A DNA stretch of 64,000 bases from Gemmatimonadota bacterium. Its GTDB lineage: Bacteria; Gemmatimonadota; Gemmatimonadetes; Gemmatimonadales; GWC2-71-9. This document shows, piece by piece, positions 19,014-29,189 of the stretch (position 1 is its first letter; the number at the start of each line of letters is the position of its first letter). Made by a program: the position numbers and the translations under genes. The DNA is taken from the NCBI GenBank assembly GCA_039584325.1, contig JBDGYA010000006.1, positions 11,845 to 75,844 of the forward strand, in the 5' to 3' direction. Under the pieces are notes generated by a model that made no database searches, was not told where the DNA came from, and saw only the letters and a list, made by a program, of their open reading frames with translations.

Positions 19014-19871
19014 ATGGCGTGGTTTCGTAAAGACAAGCGAGCACGTGCACCGCAGCGTGAGAAGCTGGAGATTCCGCCGGATGCGTGGGACAAGTGCGAG
19101 CAATGCGGGCACGTCGACATCACCGAGAAGTTCGAGCGTGCGTTGCAGGTCTGCCAGCAGTGTGGGTACCACCGGCGGATCCCGGCGCGGAGATACATCG
19201 AGTTGCTGTCGGACCCCGGCAGCTTCCGCGAGTTGTACGGCGATCTTCGGTCGGTCGATGCGTTGGGGTTCGAAGGCTACAGCGGACGACTCGACGCGGC
19301 GCACCGCAAAGCGGGGACCCACGACGGGATGGTGGCGGGCTACGGCTCCCTCACTGGCATCGAGGTCGACATCGGGGTCATGGACTTCAGGTTCATGGGC
19401 GGCTCGATGGGGTCAGTGGTCGGGGAGAAAGTCGCTCGCCTCCTCGAACGCTCCATCGAGCGCCGAGCGCCGCTGATCCTCGTGTCGGCATCGGGGGGGG
19501 CCAGGATGCAGGAAGGCGTGCTGAGCCTGATGCAAATGGCCAAGACCTCTGCCCTGATGGCGGAACTGCACCGAGAAGGGTTGCCCTACATCTCGGTTCT
19601 CACGAATCCCACGACCGGGGGCGTCTCTGCATCGTACGCGATGCAGGGCGACGTGAACATTGCGGAGCCAGGGGCAGTTGTCGGGTTTGCTGGTCCGCGG
19701 GTGATCAAGCAGACCATCGGCCAGGATCTGCCCGAAGGCTTCCAGACAGCCGAATTCCTCGAGCAGCACGGCATGGTGGACATCGTGGTGCCGCGCCCAC
19801 AGCTCCGGGAGACGGTGGCACGCCTCATCCGCATGATGACGAGTGCGGGGCCGACGGAGGGGGGCGACTGA
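19014..19871 (+). CDS. accD: Acetyl-CoA carboxylase carboxyltransferase beta subunit
   Basis: N-terminal Zn ribbon CEQCGH..CQQCGY followed by the carboxyltransferase domain (FMGGSMGSVVGEK, SASGGARMQEG). Confidence 0.93.
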   Translation: MAWFRKDKRARAPQREKLEIPPDAWDKCEQCGHVDITEKFERALQVCQQCGYHRRIPARRYIELLSDPGSFRELYGDLRSVDALGFEGYSGRLDAAHRKAGTHDGMVAGYGSLTGIEVDIGVMDFRFMGGSMGSVVGEKVARLLERSIERRAPLILVSASGGARMQEGVLSLMQMAKTSALMAELHREGLPYISVLTNPTTGGVSASYAMQGDVNIAEPGAVVGFAGPRVIKQTIGQDLPEGFQTAEFLEQHGMVDIVVPRPQLRETVARLIRMMTSAGPTEGGD

Positions 19872-21070
19872 CCCTCACCTTCGAGGAGGCACAAGCCTTC
19901 CTCTATCCCCGAACGAATGGCGGAACGAAATGGTCGCTCGGGCCAACGCGGGCGTTGCTTGCTCGACTGGGCAACCCCGAGCGACAATACTCCTCCATCC
20001 ACATCGGTGGCACCAACGGAAAGGGATCGGTGGCGACACTCGTTGCCGAAGCGCTCCGGCGCTCGGGGCATCGGGTCGCGTTGTACACGTCACCGCACTT
20101 GGTTGACGTGCGGGAGCGCATGGTGGTTGCCGGGCGGCCCATTACGCCGGAGGCCTTCGCCGCATGGACGTCTGAGCTGCGCCCCGTGATCGAGCAGGAG
20201 GGGGCCAGTTTTTTCGAGGCCACGACGGCGATCGCGTTCGCCGATTTCGCCGCTCGCCGCGCCGACGTGGCCGTGATCGAAGTGGGGCTGGGTGGACGGC
20301 TAGACTGCACGAACGTGGTCACGCCCCTCGCAAGCGCGGTGACCGGTGTGGCGATGGACCACACGGAGTATCTCGGTGACTCGCTCGACCAGATTGCCCG
20401 GGAGAAAGCCGGGATCGCAAAGCCACGCCGTCCGTTCGTGATCGGCGAGCGGGATCCGACGCTGGCGGATCTGCTCGCCTCTCTTGCGCGGGACGCGTCG
20501 GCGATTCCGGTCGTTGTGCCGCCAGATCGCGAGTATGGCGGCAAGCTGAGATTGGCCGGGCCCCACCAGCGACGCAATGCTGCCATCGCGGCGTGCGTGC
20601 TGGATGCACTCCCCGACGGCCTGCGGCCTTCGGCGCACGACCGGTCCGTTGCGTTCGGCTCGAGCGCTCTCCCGGGTCGGTTCGACCGCCGGGGCAGATG
20701 GCTGTTCGACGTCGCGCACAATACCGCGGGTGTCGAGACGCTGCTGAGGGGTCTCGACGCGAGCCCGCTGCCGCGTCCGCTGCATGCCCTGGTAGGCATC
20801 TTGGGGGATAAGGACTGGCGTTCGATGCTCTCGCAGCTGGTGCGCTCGGTCGACCGACTATGGGCAACTGTACCTCCGACGGCTCCCCTCGATCGGCGCT
20901 GGTCACTTGCTGAGGTCGCTGCGGCCTTCCCCGGTGCCACCGTCGAGCCGCGGTTCGAGAGGGCGCTCGAGGACGTCCAGTCGGGAGCGGCGAGCGTGGT
21001 GGTGACCGGATCGTTCCACACCGTCGGCGACGCGATGGCGCGGTTGCCCGGCTTCGCGCCCCTCGGATAG
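19868..21070 (+). CDS. folC: Folylpolyglutamate synthase / dihydrofolate synthase; start codon uncertain (CTG proposed)
   Basis: Mur-ligase-type P-loop HIGGTNGKGS and a conserved accD-folC pairing. FolC homology begins at the accD stop, where the frame has no ATG/GTG/TTG (see findings). Confidence 0.85.
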   Translation: MTLTFEEAQAFLYPRTNGGTKWSLGPTRALLARLGNPERQYSSIHIGGTNGKGSVATLVAEALRRSGHRVALYTSPHLVDVRERMVVAGRPITPEAFAAWTSELRPVIEQEGASFFEATTAIAFADFAARRADVAVIEVGLGGRLDCTNVVTPLASAVTGVAMDHTEYLGDSLDQIAREKAGIAKPRRPFVIGERDPTLADLLASLARDASAIPVVVPPDREYGGKLRLAGPHQRRNAAIAACVLDALPDGLRPSAHDRSVAFGSSALPGRFDRRGRWLFDVAHNTAGVETLLRGLDASPLPRPLHALVGILGDKDWRSMLSQLVRSVDRLWATVPPTAPLDRRWSLAEVAAAFPGATVEPRFERALEDVQSGAASVVVTGSFHTVGDAMARLPGFAPLG

Positions 21071-21079
21071 ATTGCTCCG

Positions 21080-22378
21080 ATGCACACGCAGGCCCTACCG
21101 GGATTTCGCGACTTCTTTCCAGACGAGGCTGCGCTGCGCAACCGGATCTTCGCCGTCTGGCGAGAGGTTGCCGCCTGGTACGGATTCGAGGAGTATGACG
21201 GTCCGCCGCTCGAGCCCCTCGAGCTGTACACGCAGAAGAGCGGTCAGGAGATCGTCGGCCAGCTGTACGCCTTCGAGGACAAGGGTGGCCGACAGGTTGC
21301 GCTGCGGCCCGAGATGACGCCGACGCTAGCCCGCATGGTGGCGCAGCGGGCGCGGGCGCTCAAGAAGCCCATCCGGTGGTTCGCCATCCCGCAGTTGTTT
21401 CGCTACGAGCGGCAGCAGCGGGGTCGCCTGCGCGAGCATTTCCAGCTCAACATGGACTTGATCGGCGAGCCCGGACCCCTGGCCGACGCGGAGCTCATCG
21501 CGGCAGCCATCGACATCGTCAGGGCCTTCGGGCTGTCCGAACGGGACTTTCAGGTCAGGATCTCCGATCGGCGCGTGGCGCACGCGCTCCTGACAGCGCA
21601 GGGGCTGGAGGATCAACAGATCGCCGCTACGTATACCCAGATCGACAAGCTGGAGCGTGAGGCGAAGGACGGGCTGATTCAAGACTTGATGCGCGGCACG
21701 GGCCTCGCGGAGGATGCCGCGGCGCAGGCGCTCGCCATCGGCGAGATCCGCTCCATCGACGGCGTTCGCCAGGCGGCTCGAGCGTCGCAGCTCGGCGAAG
21801 TCGTCGTCGAGCCGCTCATCGAATGCGTCTCGGCACTCGATGCAATGGGACTGGGGGGGTACTTGGAGGTCGACCTCTCGGTCGTGCGCGGCCTCGCCTA
21901 CTACACGGGGATCGTGTTCGAGCTGTTCGATGCCCGACGAACCCTGCGTGCGATTTGCGGGGGCGGTCGCTACGACGGACTGCTACTCGCCCTTGGCGGC
22001 GTCGATCTGCCCGCGGTCGGTTTCGGGATGGGTGACGTCGTGCTGGGGGAGCTGATTCGCGAGCGAGCGGCTGAGATATCCGAGGGCGGTCTCGACGTGT
22101 TCCTCGTTGCCGTGACAGGGGAGGACGTGGATCCCGTGCTCGATCTCGCCCACACGATGCGCGAGGCGGGGCTCCGCGTCGAATATGCGCTCAAGTACCA
22201 GTCCGTCGGAAAGCAGCTGAAGCTAGCGGCGGCCCGATCGGCGACCCGGGCCGTGCTGATCGGTCCGGATGAGCGCGAGCAGGGGAGGGTTATCGTCCGG
22301 ATGCTCGACCGCGGGACGGAAGAGCTCGTCCCGCTGACCGATGTCACGGCGCGCCTCGCCGGGCAGGAGAGCGGTTGA
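21080..22378 (+). CDS. hisS: Histidyl-tRNA synthetase
   Basis: Class II aaRS HisRS motifs (GFRDFFPDEA, RPEMTPTLAR, FRYERQQRGRLREHFQ, GGGRYDGL). 432 aa. Confidence 0.93.
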   Translation: MHTQALPGFRDFFPDEAALRNRIFAVWREVAAWYGFEEYDGPPLEPLELYTQKSGQEIVGQLYAFEDKGGRQVALRPEMTPTLARMVAQRARALKKPIRWFAIPQLFRYERQQRGRLREHFQLNMDLIGEPGPLADAELIAAAIDIVRAFGLSERDFQVRISDRRVAHALLTAQGLEDQQIAATYTQIDKLEREAKDGLIQDLMRGTGLAEDAAAQALAIGEIRSIDGVRQAARASQLGEVVVEPLIECVSALDAMGLGGYLEVDLSVVRGLAYYTGIVFELFDARRTLRAICGGGRYDGLLLALGGVDLPAVGFGMGDVVLGELIRERAAEISEGGLDVFLVAVTGEDVDPVLDLAHTMREAGLRVEYALKYQSVGKQLKLAAARSATRAVLIGPDEREQGRVIVRMLDRGTEELVPLTDVTARLAGQESG

Positions 22379-22381
22379 CAC

Positions 22382-22401
22382 CACGGCGGCAGACTGCCGT
22401 G
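22382..22401 (+). terminator. Stem-loop after hisS
   Basis: CACGGCGG-caga-CTGCCGTG: 8-bp stem (one G-U pair) with a tetraloop, starting 4 nt after the hisS stop. Confidence 0.45.
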
Positions 22402-22477
22402 ATCCATGCATTGTCGTGAAGCAACGCCGGTTCGGCGCGCGGCAACGTGACACCCGAGACCGACAGCCAATTGTACG

Positions 22478-23923
22478 ATGGCCGACGAACAGCGTATTAC
22501 CCCACGATCGGACGACTTCAGCGCCTGGTACAACGACGTCATCATGCGGGCGCAATTGGCGGACTACTCGCCAGTGCGCGGCTGCATGGTGATCCGTCCG
22601 CGTGGCTATCGCATCTGGGAGCTCATGCAGGGAGCGCTCGATGCGATGTTCAAGGAGACGGGACACGAGAACGCATACTTCCCGCTCTTCATCCCGCAGA
22701 GCTTTCTCGCCAGGGAGGCCGAGCACGTCGAGGGCTTCGCACCACAGACGGCCGTGGTGACCCACGGCGGCGGGAAGGAGCTCGAGGAGCCGCTGGTGGT
22801 CCGCCCAACCTCGGAGACGATCATCTACGCGATGCTCTCCAAGTGGATCCAGAGCTACCGGGATCTGCCGGTGCTGCTCAATCAGTGGGCGAACATCGTC
22901 CGGTGGGAGATGCGCACGAGGCTGTTCCTGCGGACCACCGAGTTCCTGTGGCAGGAGGGGCACACGGCTCACGCCAGTGCCGAGGAGGCGGAGGAGGAGA
23001 CGCTTCGTATCCTGGGGCTGTACCGGCGGTTCATGGAAGAGTGGATGGCGATGCCCGTCGTAACTGGTGTCAAGACGGAGTCGGAGAAGTTCGCGGGTGC
23101 CGTCCGCACCTACGCGCTGGAATCCCTAATGCAGGACAACCGGGCTCTGCAGGCTGGCACGTCGCACTTCCTCGGCCAGAATTTCGCCCGGGCCTTTGGG
23201 ACGCAGTATCAGACCGCCGATGGCGGGCTCGACCACGTGTGGAGCACGTCCTGGGGCGTGTCGACCCGCCTCATCGGCGGCCTGATCATGACCCACAGCG
23301 ACGACGTCGGCTTGATCTGTCCGCCGCGACTGGCTCCGACGCAGGTGGTCGTGGTACCGATTTTCCGCTCCGATGCTGAGCGCGCGACGGTCCTCGAAGT
23401 GGGAGCCCGGGTGCACGAATCCTTGCGGGAGCACGGCGTTCGGGTCGAGCTGGACGACCGCGAGGGGATGAAGCCGGGCGCGAAGTACTTCGAGTGGGAG
23501 GCACGGGGCGTTCCCCTCCGACTCGAGATCGGACCGCGGGACGTGAAGCAGGACCAGGCGGTCATGGCCCGCCGCACAGGAGGGAAGCAGCCGGTGGCCA
23601 TTGGCGGGATCGGTGACGCTGTGCGGACGACGCTCGACGAGGTGCAGACTGGGCTTCTCACGGCCGCTCGGGAGCGGCGCGAAGCCAACTCGCTCAGGGG
23701 CGTCACCAAGGAGCAGCTGATCGAGCTGACCGAAGGGCAGGGGGGCTTCGCCTACGGCGGCTATTGTGGCGACGAAGCATGCGAGCAGGCCATCCAGGAG
23801 CGGACCAAGGCCACGACGCGAGTGCTCCCCGACGAAGAGTTCCGCACGGAGCCGGCGCCAACGACCTGCGTGTGGTGCGGGAAGGCGGCGGTCGCGGAGG
23901 GTCTATGGGCGCGCGCGTACTGA
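22478..23923 (+). CDS. proS: Prolyl-tRNA synthetase, archaeal/eukaryote-like type (no INS editing domain)
   Basis: 481 aa. N-terminus ITPRSDDFSAWYNDVI, class II motifs, and a C-terminal Zn-binding-type domain ending CVWCGK...WARAY. Confidence 0.93.
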   Translation: MADEQRITPRSDDFSAWYNDVIMRAQLADYSPVRGCMVIRPRGYRIWELMQGALDAMFKETGHENAYFPLFIPQSFLAREAEHVEGFAPQTAVVTHGGGKELEEPLVVRPTSETIIYAMLSKWIQSYRDLPVLLNQWANIVRWEMRTRLFLRTTEFLWQEGHTAHASAEEAEEETLRILGLYRRFMEEWMAMPVVTGVKTESEKFAGAVRTYALESLMQDNRALQAGTSHFLGQNFARAFGTQYQTADGGLDHVWSTSWGVSTRLIGGLIMTHSDDVGLICPPRLAPTQVVVVPIFRSDAERATVLEVGARVHESLREHGVRVELDDREGMKPGAKYFEWEARGVPLRLEIGPRDVKQDQAVMARRTGGKQPVAIGGIGDAVRTTLDEVQTGLLTAARERREANSLRGVTKEQLIELTEGQGGFAYGGYCGDEACEQAIQERTKATTRVLPDEEFRTEPAPTTCVWCGKAAVAEGLWARAY

Positions 23924-25206
23924 GCGAAGCGGGCGACCTCCTCGATCCAATTGCACGGCGGGTCGGCACGCCGCTCTACGTGTACGATGCCGATCGCATC
24001 CGGTCCCAACATCACGCGTTGAGTGCGGCACTGGCGCCTCTGCGACACCGGCTCTACTACTCGGTCAAGGCCAATAGCAGCATCGCCATCCTCGGCATCC
24101 TGCGGAAGCTCGGTGCGGGGGTGGACGTGGTGTCCGTGGGAGAGATGGCACGGGCGTTTCGCGCAGGGTATCGGGCTAGCGATATCATCTTCAGCGGCGT
24201 TGGCAAGCGACCGGACGAGCTGGAACAGGCGGTCACGCAGCACATCAAGCTGGTAAACGTCGAGTCGACGGCCGAGTTCGATCTGGTCCGGTCGGTGGCC
24301 GAGCGCCAGGAGTGCGAAGTCCGCATAGGCATCCGCGTGAATCCCGATGTCGAGACTGCGACCCACCCGTACACGCAAACTGGTGAGGCCGGGATGAAGT
24401 TCGGCGTTCCGCTCGACGAAGTCGTGCGCATCGCGGAACGCGCGGTTCCCATTCCATCAGTTCGGCTCACGTCGATCGGCATGCATATTGGCTCCCAGAT
24501 CTTCGACCCGTCGCACTTTGGCGAGGGAGCGGCAAAGCTACTCGAGCTCGTTCTTCAGCTCCAAGACATGGGCGTTGACACGCTCGAAGCCGTCGACGTC
24601 GGCGGCGGGCTCGGCATCCGCTACACGAACGAAACGCCGCTCGATCTGGCCCGGTACGCAGACGCCATCCGTCCCCTGGTGGAGGGCTCGGGGCTGTCGC
24701 TCGCGGTGGAGCCGGGGCGGTTTCTGGTCGGCAACGCAGGCCTCCTCCTCACCCGGTGCCTCTATCGCAAACGGTCGGGTGGCAAGACCTTCGTGGTGGT
24801 CGATGCCGGGATGAACGATCTCGTCCGGCCGAGTCTGTATCGAGCGGTTCACGACGTCTCCGTGGTGCGTGCAGGGGAGCCCGGGGAGGCCGGTGAGACC
24901 CAGGTCGACGTCGTCGGTCCCGTCTGCGAGACCGGGGATTTCCTGGCGAAGGATCGCTACCTCCCGGGAGCGACCCCGGGTGCCCTGCTTGCCGTGGGGA
25001 GTGCAGGCGCGTACGGATTCACTATGAGTTCCTCTTACAACTCGCGGCCGCGCGCCGCAGAGGTGCTGATCGACGGGGCCCAGTGGGCCGTCATCCGCGA
25101 GCGGGAGTCCCTCGATGATCTCATGCGCGGTGAACGGACGCTCGATCAGCTCGACGCCGCCAAGGCATGGAATCGGGTGTCCGGCGCCGAGATGCGCGTA
25201 TCATGA
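23905..25206 (+). CDS. lysA: Diaminopimelate decarboxylase
   Basis: ORF 23764..25206 trimmed to ATG 23905. PLP fold-III decarboxylase motifs ([39 protein letters not shown]). Confidence 0.9.
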   Translation: MGARVLSEAGDLLDPIARRVGTPLYVYDADRIRSQHHALSAALAPLRHRLYYSVKANSSIAILGILRKLGAGVDVVSVGEMARAFRAGYRASDIIFSGVGKRPDELEQAVTQHIKLVNVESTAEFDLVRSVAERQECEVRIGIRVNPDVETATHPYTQTGEAGMKFGVPLDEVVRIAERAVPIPSVRLTSIGMHIGSQIFDPSHFGEGAAKLLELVLQLQDMGVDTLEAVDVGGGLGIRYTNETPLDLARYADAIRPLVEGSGLSLAVEPGRFLVGNAGLLLTRCLYRKRSGGKTFVVVDAGMNDLVRPSLYRAVHDVSVVRAGEPGEAGETQVDVVGPVCETGDFLAKDRYLPGATPGALLAVGSAGAYGFTMSSSYNSRPRAAEVLIDGAQWAVIRERESLDDLMRGERTLDQLDAAKAWNRVSGAEMRVS

Positions 25207-26759
25207 CATCGCTCAAGAACGGCATTCTCATCCTCGACTTCGGGTCGCAGTACACGCAGCTGATCGCGCGACGAGTGCGTGAGAGCCACGTCTACTGCGA
25301 GATTCACCCCCCACTCACGGCGGCTGAGATCCGTCAGCGCAGCCCGCGCGGCATCATCCTGTCCGGTGGGCCGAACTCGGTCTACGATGAGGGTGCACCC
25401 CAGCTGGATACCGCCACCGTCGAGCTCGATGCGCCCATGCTCGGGGTATGCTACGGCATGTATCTCGTCGCGCTCGCTGGGGGAGGTACCGTGGAGGCCG
25501 CCGGAGAGCGGGAATACGGGCGTGCGGATCTCGAAGTGCGAGAGGCCGCGGGCTTGTTCGCCGGGTTCGAGCCCGGGGAGCGGATCACCGTCTGGATGAG
25601 CCACGGAGACCGCGTCACCAGCTTGCCTGGCGGTTTCTCTCTCGCCGGCTCGAGCCGGAACAGCCCGATCGCGGCGTTCGCCGATCCCGAGCGACGGCTC
25701 TACGGCGTGCAGTTTCATCCCGAGGTCGCCCACACCCCGCGCGGTGGGGAAATCCTCCGCAACTTCCTGTTCGACATCTGCCGGTGCGAGCCGGACTGGA
25801 CGGCGGGACACTTCATCGCCGAGCAGATCGAGGTGATCCAGGAGCGGGTCGGGCCGACAGCGCGGGCGATTTGCGGACTCTCCGGGGGTGTGGATTCGGC
25901 GGTCGCCGCGGTGCTGGTGCACCGTGCGCTCGGGGAGCGGCTCACCTGCATTTTCGTCGATCACGGTCTGTTGCGGCTGCACGAGCGCGAACAGGTGGAG
26001 CGTGTCTTCAGCTCCCATCTCGGCATCGACCTCCGCGTGGTCGATGCGACGGACCTCTTCATCGACCGGCTTGCGCGGGTAGAGGATCCCGAAGAGAAGC
26101 GGCGCATCATCGGTCACACGTTCATCGACGTGTTCGAGCATGCAGCCCAGGACGTCGGGGACGACGTCGGGTTTCTGGTGCAGGGGACGCTGTATCCGGA
26201 CGTCATCGAGTCGTTCTCCCCGCGCGGTGGGCCGTCGGTGACCATCAAGACGCACCACAACGTGGGTGGGCTCCGGCCCGACCTCCCGTTTGAGCTGATC
26301 GAGCCCTTGCGTGAGCTGTTCAAGGATGAGGTGCGGCAGGTCGGGCGGGAGTTGGGTCTGTCCGAGGAAATCGTCGGCCGGCACCCGTTCCCCGGTCCCG
26401 GTCTGGCGGTGCGCATCCTGGGGCCGGTCACCCGCGAGTCGCTCCGCGTGTTGCAGGAAGCGGATGCGATCTACCTCGAGGAGATCCGGGAATCAGGCGT
26501 GTATGACGACATCTGGCAGGCCTTCGCCGTGCTGCTGCCCGTGCAGGCCGTGGGCGTCATGGGGGATTCCCGGACATACGAGAATGTCGTCGCCCTGCGT
26601 GCCGTGACATCCACGGACGGCATGACCGCTGACTGGTACCCGTTCCAGCCGGACCTGCTGGGCCGGATCGCCAACCGGATCATCAATGAAGTGGACGGCG
26701 TCAATCGGGTGGCCTATGATGTGAGCTCCAAGCCACCCGCGACCATCGAATGGGAGTAG
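25203..26759 (+). CDS. guaA: GMP synthase (glutamine-hydrolysing)
   Basis: ORF trimmed to ATG 25203 (ATGA overlap with lysA). GATase domain ([20 protein letters not shown]), ATP-PPase SGGVDS motif, and C-terminus PPATIEWE. Confidence 0.95.
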   Translation: MTSLKNGILILDFGSQYTQLIARRVRESHVYCEIHPPLTAAEIRQRSPRGIILSGGPNSVYDEGAPQLDTATVELDAPMLGVCYGMYLVALAGGGTVEAAGEREYGRADLEVREAAGLFAGFEPGERITVWMSHGDRVTSLPGGFSLAGSSRNSPIAAFADPERRLYGVQFHPEVAHTPRGGEILRNFLFDICRCEPDWTAGHFIAEQIEVIQERVGPTARAICGLSGGVDSAVAAVLVHRALGERLTCIFVDHGLLRLHEREQVERVFSSHLGIDLRVVDATDLFIDRLARVEDPEEKRRIIGHTFIDVFEHAAQDVGDDVGFLVQGTLYPDVIESFSPRGGPSVTIKTHHNVGGLRPDLPFELIEPLRELFKDEVRQVGRELGLSEEIVGRHPFPGPGLAVRILGPVTRESLRVLQEADAIYLEEIRESGVYDDIWQAFAVLLPVQAVGVMGDSRTYENVVALRAVTSTDGMTADWYPFQPDLLGRIANRIINEVDGVNRVAYDVSSKPPATIEWE

Positions 26760-26777
26760 TGCCGCCCCGGCCCGGTC

Positions 26778-27230
26778 CTAGATCCCCTTGTCGTCCAGCA
26801 GCCGTAAGAACCCCTCCGGCGAGTCAAGGTGCTCGAGTCGCTGCGGAACGTCCGGCTCCTTGGCAAACTGGGCGATCTTTCCGAGGACGGGGAGGTACTG
26901 GTTCGACACCTCCAGTGGAGGAGCCACGATCAAGAAGAAGTTGTGGGCCGGCTTGTCGTCGATCGCCTTGAAATCCACTCCTTCGGGCTTCCGTCCGTAG
27001 GCGACCCGGAGCCGCTTCACCACGAGCGACCGGCAGTGAGGAATCGCGACGCCGCGGCCGATCCCGGTGGAACCGAGATTCTCGCGCCGCTTCACGGTCT
27101 TGTAGAGCTGGGCCTCGGACTTCTCGTCCAGCTTCAAGAGCCCGATGAGCTCCTTGAGGATCGTGTCCTTGTCGCTGCCCGCGAGACTCAAGGACATCGC
27201 GTCGGCGGAGAAGAACTCTCTGAGATGCAT
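26778..27230 (-). CDS. ptsN: PTS EIIA(Ntr)-like nitrogen regulatory protein
   Basis: ORF trimmed to MHLREFF. EIIA-2 family with the phospho-His region GIGRGVAIPHCR. About 150 aa. Confidence 0.8.
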   Translation of the reverse strand: MHLREFFSADAMSLSLAGSDKDTILKELIGLLKLDEKSEAQLYKTVKRRENLGSTGIGRGVAIPHCRSLVVKRLRVAYGRKPEGVDFKAIDDKPAHNFFLIVAPPLEVSNQYLPVLGKIAQFAKEPDVPQRLEHLDSPEGFLRLLDDKGI

Positions 27231-27348
27231 GACGCAGTCACTTGTCCATAAAGGTGTGAAAAGCAAAGGATTAACGTAATGGCAACCTGTTCAGGCTGTC
27301 AAACGATTTTGGTTGTCCTGCGCATCCGCGCCGGTTAAGTTCGCTGCC

Positions 27349-28332
27349 ATGGACTTTCCCTTCCGCGTGGCACAGCAGGTACCGCTGTTCCTCGCCCCCA
27401 TGGCAGGCGTCTCGGAACCGCCGTTTCGCCGGCTCTGCCGCTCCTTTGGGGCGGATGTCGTGGTGTCCGAGTTCCTGTCTGGGGAGGGGTTGCGGCGGGG
27501 GATCAGGAGCGTCCACGATGGGGCGTTCTTCACGCCGGACGAGCGCCCGATCGGTATCCAGCTCTTTGGCGCCGATCCGCAGGCGATGGCTGAGGCCGCC
27601 GAACTGGTCGCGCAACATTACGGGCCTGACTTCATCGACATCAACTTTGGCTGTCCGGTCAAGAAGGTCGTGCGCCGAAACGGCGGTTCGGGATGTCTCA
27701 GGGATCTCGGCCGGGTGCGAGGAATCATCCGCGCCGTCAGACAGGCCGTCGACACTCCGGTCACGGTGAAGACGCGGTCGGGCTGGGACCACACCTCGCG
27801 AGATCCCGTGGAGATTGCCCTGCGGTGCCAGGATGCTGGGGCGGAGATGCTTACGCTCCATCCCCGAACCCGTACCCAGATGTACTCGGGGCGTGCGCGC
27901 TGGGACGAGATCGCTCGTGTCAAAGAGGCGCTTGAGATCCCCGTCGTGGGGAACGGAGACGTCAAGTCGGCCGAGGACGCGCTGCGCATGCGGCGTGAAA
28001 CGGGCTGCGACGGCATCATGATCGCTCGAGGCTCGTTCGGCAACCCGTGGGTCTTCCAGCAGGCGCGGGCCCTGCTGGACGGGAAGACGCCCAGAGGGAC
28101 TCCGCATGCCCCCGAGCGGCTTGCCGTCGCACTTCGACATGCCGAGTTGCAGGTGGCCATCCAGGGAGACTCCCGCCGGACCGCGGTGGAATTCCGGAAG
28201 CACCTCGGGTGGTACGTACGGGGGCTGCCTGGGGCAGCAGCACTCCGTGAGCGGTTGCACCGGATCGACGCCATGTCGGAGGTAGAGCGGACGTTTCGGG
28301 AGTATCTACGTCCCCAGCAGGCGGTGGGATGA
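27349..28332 (+). CDS. dusB: tRNA-dihydrouridine synthase (DusB-like)
   Basis: ORF trimmed to ATG 27349. LAPMAGVSEPPFR, DINFGCPVKKV, and TIM-barrel FMN family motifs. Confidence 0.88.
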   Translation: MDFPFRVAQQVPLFLAPMAGVSEPPFRRLCRSFGADVVVSEFLSGEGLRRGIRSVHDGAFFTPDERPIGIQLFGADPQAMAEAAELVAQHYGPDFIDINFGCPVKKVVRRNGGSGCLRDLGRVRGIIRAVRQAVDTPVTVKTRSGWDHTSRDPVEIALRCQDAGAEMLTLHPRTRTQMYSGRARWDEIARVKEALEIPVVGNGDVKSAEDALRMRRETGCDGIMIARGSFGNPWVFQQARALLDGKTPRGTPHAPERLAVALRHAELQVAIQGDSRRTAVEFRKHLGWYVRGLPGAAALRERLHRIDAMSEVERTFREYLRPQQAVG

Positions 28333-29102
28333 CCGAGGAGCGTCTCACTGAACTCCTCGCCGAGGTAGCGGCCGGGACTCTGCCGCCGGCGGCGGCGATG
28401 GAGCGGCTGCGTGGATATCCCGTCGAGGAGTTGGCGTACGCCCAGGTGGACCACCTCCGCCCACTGTCTCAGGGATATCCCGAGGTCGTGTTCTGCCAGG
28501 GGAAGTCCACGGAGCAGGTGGTGGGGATCTGTGCCAGCCTCGAGCGGGCGGGCGGGACCTTCCTGGCCACGCGGGCGGACGAGGGCGTCCGGCGAGCGCT
28601 GAGTAAGCGCTTTCCGGGTGCTGCCGTGAACGACAGGGCGCGGCTGGTGCACCTGGCGCCCGATCCGGTCCCTGAACCGCGGGGCAGGGGCACGATCCTG
28701 GTGGTAACGGCGGGAACCAGCGATCTGCCAGTCGCTGAGGAGGCGGCGGCTGTGGCAGCGGCAATGGGGAACCGCGTCGAGCTGCTGGTCGATGTGGGGG
28801 TCGCCGGAATCCACCGGATTCTCAGGCACTCAGAGGAACTCCGTCGGGCCTCGGTCGTGATCGTGGTCGCGGGCATGGACGGGGCGCTTCCATCGGTTGT
28901 CGGGGGGCTCGTCAAGGTCCCCGTGATAGCCGTTCCGACGTCGGTGGGCTACGGCGCGTCGTTCGGTGGCGTGGCGGCGCTGCTCGCGATGCTGAACTCT
29001 TGTGCTGCCGGCGTGGTCGTCGTGAATATCGACAACGGTTTCGGCGCCGCGGCAGCCGCCGCCCGCATCAACCGTCAGGCAGATCCTTCCCAGAACGCCT
29101 GA
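28329..29102 (+). CDS. larB: LarB-like AIR-carboxylase-fold protein (nickel-pincer cofactor biosynthesis family)
   Basis: N-terminal region ..VDHLRPLSQGYPEVVFCQGKS.. followed by a PurE-like domain (ILVVTAGTSDLPVAEEA, VVAGMDGALPSVVGG). ATGA overlap with dusB. Confidence 0.8.
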   Translation: MTEERLTELLAEVAAGTLPPAAAMERLRGYPVEELAYAQVDHLRPLSQGYPEVVFCQGKSTEQVVGICASLERAGGTFLATRADEGVRRALSKRFPGAAVNDRARLVHLAPDPVPEPRGRGTILVVTAGTSDLPVAEEAAAVAAAMGNRVELLVDVGVAGIHRILRHSEELRRASVVIVVAGMDGALPSVVGGLVKVPVIAVPTSVGYGASFGGVAALLAMLNSCAAGVVVVNIDNGFGAAAAAARINRQADPSQNA

Positions 29103-29189
29103 GACGGATTCGCAACCTCGCGTGCCGTCGGAGTGGTTGCCGCTAACCTACTGTTGGAGTTAGAATTAGAAGTGCTCATTGACAATTGA

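Noticed and set aside
27280-27295. Sigma-54-like TGGCA element (TGGCAACCTGTTCAGG) in the ptsN/dusB divergent region.
   Set aside because: The -12 element is missing (TCAG/TTCA instead of TTGC at either allowed spacing), so it does not fit TGGCAC-N5-TTGC.
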